DNA of 47,983 bases, from positions 13,011-60,993 of the forward strand of contig DCIL01000062.1 of NCBI GenBank assembly GCA_002315875.1, written 5' to 3'. The notes under the pieces were generated by a model. The model searched no databases. It was not told where the DNA came from and saw nothing but the letters and a program-made list of their open reading frames with translations. This DNA is from Verrucomicrobia bacterium UBA1727. GTDB lineage: Bacteria > Verrucomicrobiota > Kiritimatiellia > RFP12 > UBA1067. The position numbers and the translations under genes were made by a program. This document shows, one piece after another, positions 46,369 through 47,983 of this stretch. Numbering within the stretch: position 1 is the first letter of the stretch; every line of letters starts with the position of its first letter.

Positions 46369-47270
46369 CTCCTCAACAAACGCTCCAATCCCGCATCCTT
46401 GTAGTAACGCACGTAATCGATGAGGAACTTCGACGGATAATGCGGCTCCGTCTTCGAATCAAACGGATGGGCGTAGAGCGCGAGGTTCATCAGCAGGTAC
46501 ATCGGCTCACGATAGGGATAGCGCGGCTCGACGGACGATGGATTGCACGACAGCTTGGTGACATGGACGTTCAGAAGTTCGCCATCGATGTAAATGGCCA
46601 TCAGATCCTCCGTCCACGAAATCGACCAGACATGCCACTTCTCGCACCATTGCGGATCCCTGGCCAGAAACCGAGACAACTGATGCGCGCTCGAATTACT
46701 GCGGATTTTTAGTCGCGCGCCCGGTACGTCCGGATTGCCACCCTTGCCCCAGCCCCAACGGTTGTCGGCAAAGATGAAGTTCGCGAGAATGCTATCATTG
46801 TAATACTCGAGGATGTCGACCTCGCCGCAAGCCGGCCAGCTGACCTTATCGATCGACTCGCCCAAGAGCCACAATGCGGGCCACAGGACGCCCTCGGCGA
46901 CGAATTTAGCGCGAATGTCAAGCCGTCCGTACCTGAAGGTCTTCCTATTCTTCGTGATCACGCAGGCCGAGGTATAGTCCGCGTACGATCGGCTGCGCTG
47001 CCAGTCCTTCTTCGGCGCCGCCGGATCGTAGTTCGGGTTCGCCTTACGCTCCCGTTTAGCCTCGATCACCAGCCAACCGTTCGAGCAGTAGGCATTCTCC
47101 GGCTGATACCACTGCAACTCCTCGTTGCGAATGAAACCGACCTCATAGTCCCACTTCGCAGGATCAGGACGCCCATCGACATCGAACTCGTCTCCCCAAT
47201 CCGGAACAGCAGCGGCAAACGCTGATACGCCGACAACGACCGCCGCGGCAGTAAACACAACTCTCTTCAT
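46356..47270 (-). CDS. Secreted GH16 beta-glucanase-type glycoside hydrolase.
   Basis: It has a signal peptide, MKRVVFTAAAVVVGVSAFAAA. The sequence DEFD..LD..KW.., WPALWLLG and the catalytic GEVDILE match GH16. GGAGG lies 5 nt upstream of the ATG at 47270. Its 3' end overlaps the receptor gene's 3' end by 13 nt (convergent). Confidence 0.85.
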   Translation of the reverse strand: MKRVVFTAAAVVVGVSAFAAAVPDWGDEFDVDGRPDPAKWDYEVGFIRNEELQWYQPENAYCSNGWLVIEAKRERKANPNYDPAAPKKDWQRSRSYADYTSACVITKNRKTFRYGRLDIRAKFVAEGVLWPALWLLGESIDKVSWPACGEVDILEYYNDSILANFIFADNRWGWGKGGNPDVPGARLKIRSNSSAHQLSRFLARDPQWCEKWHVWSISWTEDLMAIYIDGELLNVHVTKLSCNPSSVEPRYPYREPMYLLMNLALYAHPFDSKTEPHYPSKFLIDYVRYYKDAGLERLLRSQNS

Positions 47271-47300
47271 ACTAACCTCCTTCAATTTCAACTCTCGCCT

Positions 47301-47599
47301 TCAACTATCTCCCCTGTTCAGCTCGCCGTAGATCTTCGCTATGCGCCGCATTCCCTTCTTGTGGATATAATCAATGATGTCCATCAGTTCGAAGTCGGGA
47401 ATCGACTTCTCGAAGTCCGCGTGCTGCCGCGTTGAGCAATACTGCTCCTGCCAGACGTTCGGCGTCAAAGTTGATGTAGCAGAGTTCCTCTACCGAATGC
47501 CCCGCAGACAGCAACTGTCGCGCGCTCATGCAATTCCACGGTTGCAAGAAACTGCTGATATTCAACGATAACTCTCTTAAACGTTTCCTGAGAAATCAT
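47301..47599 (-). pseudogene. Decayed remnant of an AAA+ ATPase gene of the AAA_14/DUF4143 type (frameshifted, P-loop region missing).
   Basis: Three pieces lie in different frames. The first is MISQETFKRVIVEY... from the ATG at 47599. The second is ...ARQLLSAGHSVEELCYINFDAERLAG. The third is DFELMDIIDYIHKKG..., ending at 47301. The order and wording resemble the N-terminal third of such ATPases. Confidence 0.35.
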
Positions 47600-47631
47600 T
47601 CCCGTACCCTTATTTACTGTTGGCAAACAAA

Positions 47632-47640
47632 ATTATACCA
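47632..47640 (-). promoter_or_regulatory. Extended -10 element upstream of the ATPase remnant.
   Basis: TGGTATAAT lies on the minus strand in an AT-rich patch, 32 nt upstream of the ATG at 47599. Confidence 0.45.
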
Positions 47641-47649
47641 TTATATTCA

Positions 47650-47751
47650 TCACCAGTAAATAGGCCAGCCGTCGAATCTGCCTTGATGCCTAATCTCGTA
47701 CACAGTTCCCATTCCGCCCTGACCGAGCAACCGAATCACAGCGGCTCCCAT
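47650..47751 (-). pseudogene. Fragment of 33 codons from the 5' end of a Ser/Thr protein kinase gene.
   Basis: My translation is MGAAVIRLLGQGGMGTVYEIRHQGRFDGWPIYW followed by a stop. LLGQGGMGTVYE is a Hanks-kinase glycine-rich loop. The reading frame stops before the VAIK lysine region. Confidence 0.45.
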
Positions 47752-47983
47752 TTGCTGTCGGCGATTTCGCGCGTTTGGTTGATGGGGATGTAGGATAGAG
47801 TTTCCGCATCCTCACATTTCCCGAACGCCCACGTCTGCCGCGTGACGCCGTTCGTGTCCTTGTCGATCCGATGAATGGGCCGCAACGTCTGCGGTCCGAA
47901 GCAGAGGTAGAAAACGCCCTCGTGTTCTTTCATCATATAGACATCAAGTTGTTTTCGCCGAAACCACTGGCTCGACGCCTCAA
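47736..47983 (-). CDS. Hypothetical protein, 3' part only (open to the right edge). It may itself be a fragment.
   Basis: The frame is open from 47981 and reads EASSQWFRRKQLDVYMMKEHEGVFYLCFGPQTLRPIHRIDKDTNGV...SKWEPL. I recognise no family. It overlaps the kinase-fragment ATG. Confidence 0.25.
   Translation of the reverse strand, partial: EASSQWFRRKQLDVYMMKEHEGVFYLCFGPQTLRPIHRIDKDTNGVTRQTWAFGKCEDAETLSYIPINQTREIADSKWEPL

Noticed and set aside
1-47983. A search for CRISPR arrays, tRNA/rRNA genes, riboswitch-sized leaders, transposases, integrases, phage genes and classical defence genes.
   Set aside because: None was found. Intergenic gaps are at most about 100 nt. I saw no spaced direct-repeat arrays and no translation with recombinase, nuclease-helicase or phage structural signatures.

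Overview
This is a high-G+C (about 60% by eye), very gene-dense bacterial chromosomal segment. I call 33 of 34 intact genes on the minus strand. Many junctions overlap by 1-4 nt (ATGA, GTGA, TGATG). I found no rRNA, tRNA, CRISPR array, transposase or integrase.

The content mixes three kinds of genes:
- Housekeeping: dapL, ispG, rseP, dxr, mutM, alr, murG, ruvC, pncC.
- Envelope functions: a GT4 phosphotransferase fusion, an EpsI-like protein, an O-antigen-ligase-like protein, and an alpha-2-macroglobulin plus PBP1C pair.
- Many secreted glycan-degrading enzymes: GH53, GH74-like, two GH2-type giants, SGNH-GH28-like, GH109-like and GH16. With them are an SSS symporter, a TonB-dependent receptor and a XylR-like regulator.

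DapL plus this CAZyme load suggests a PVC-type glycan degrader such as Lentisphaerota or Kiritimatiellota. That placement is a low-confidence inference.

The most interesting candidates are:
1. A STAS / anti-sigma-kinase partner-switching pair, coupled to a MATE exporter whose cytoplasmic tail looks like a degenerate copy of the kinase fold. No sigma factor gene is nearby.
2. A U32-like Cys-cluster protein overlapping by 1 nt a reductive-dehalogenase/QueG-like Fe-S protein.
3. A GH2 glycosidase fused to a complete M14 carboxypeptidase-like domain.
4. A recurring extended -10 element (TGGTATAAT and variants) placed so close to several start codons that the mRNAs would be leaderless or nearly so.
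5. A decayed right edge holding gene fragments.

All family calls come from reading motifs in the supplied translations. No database search was possible.
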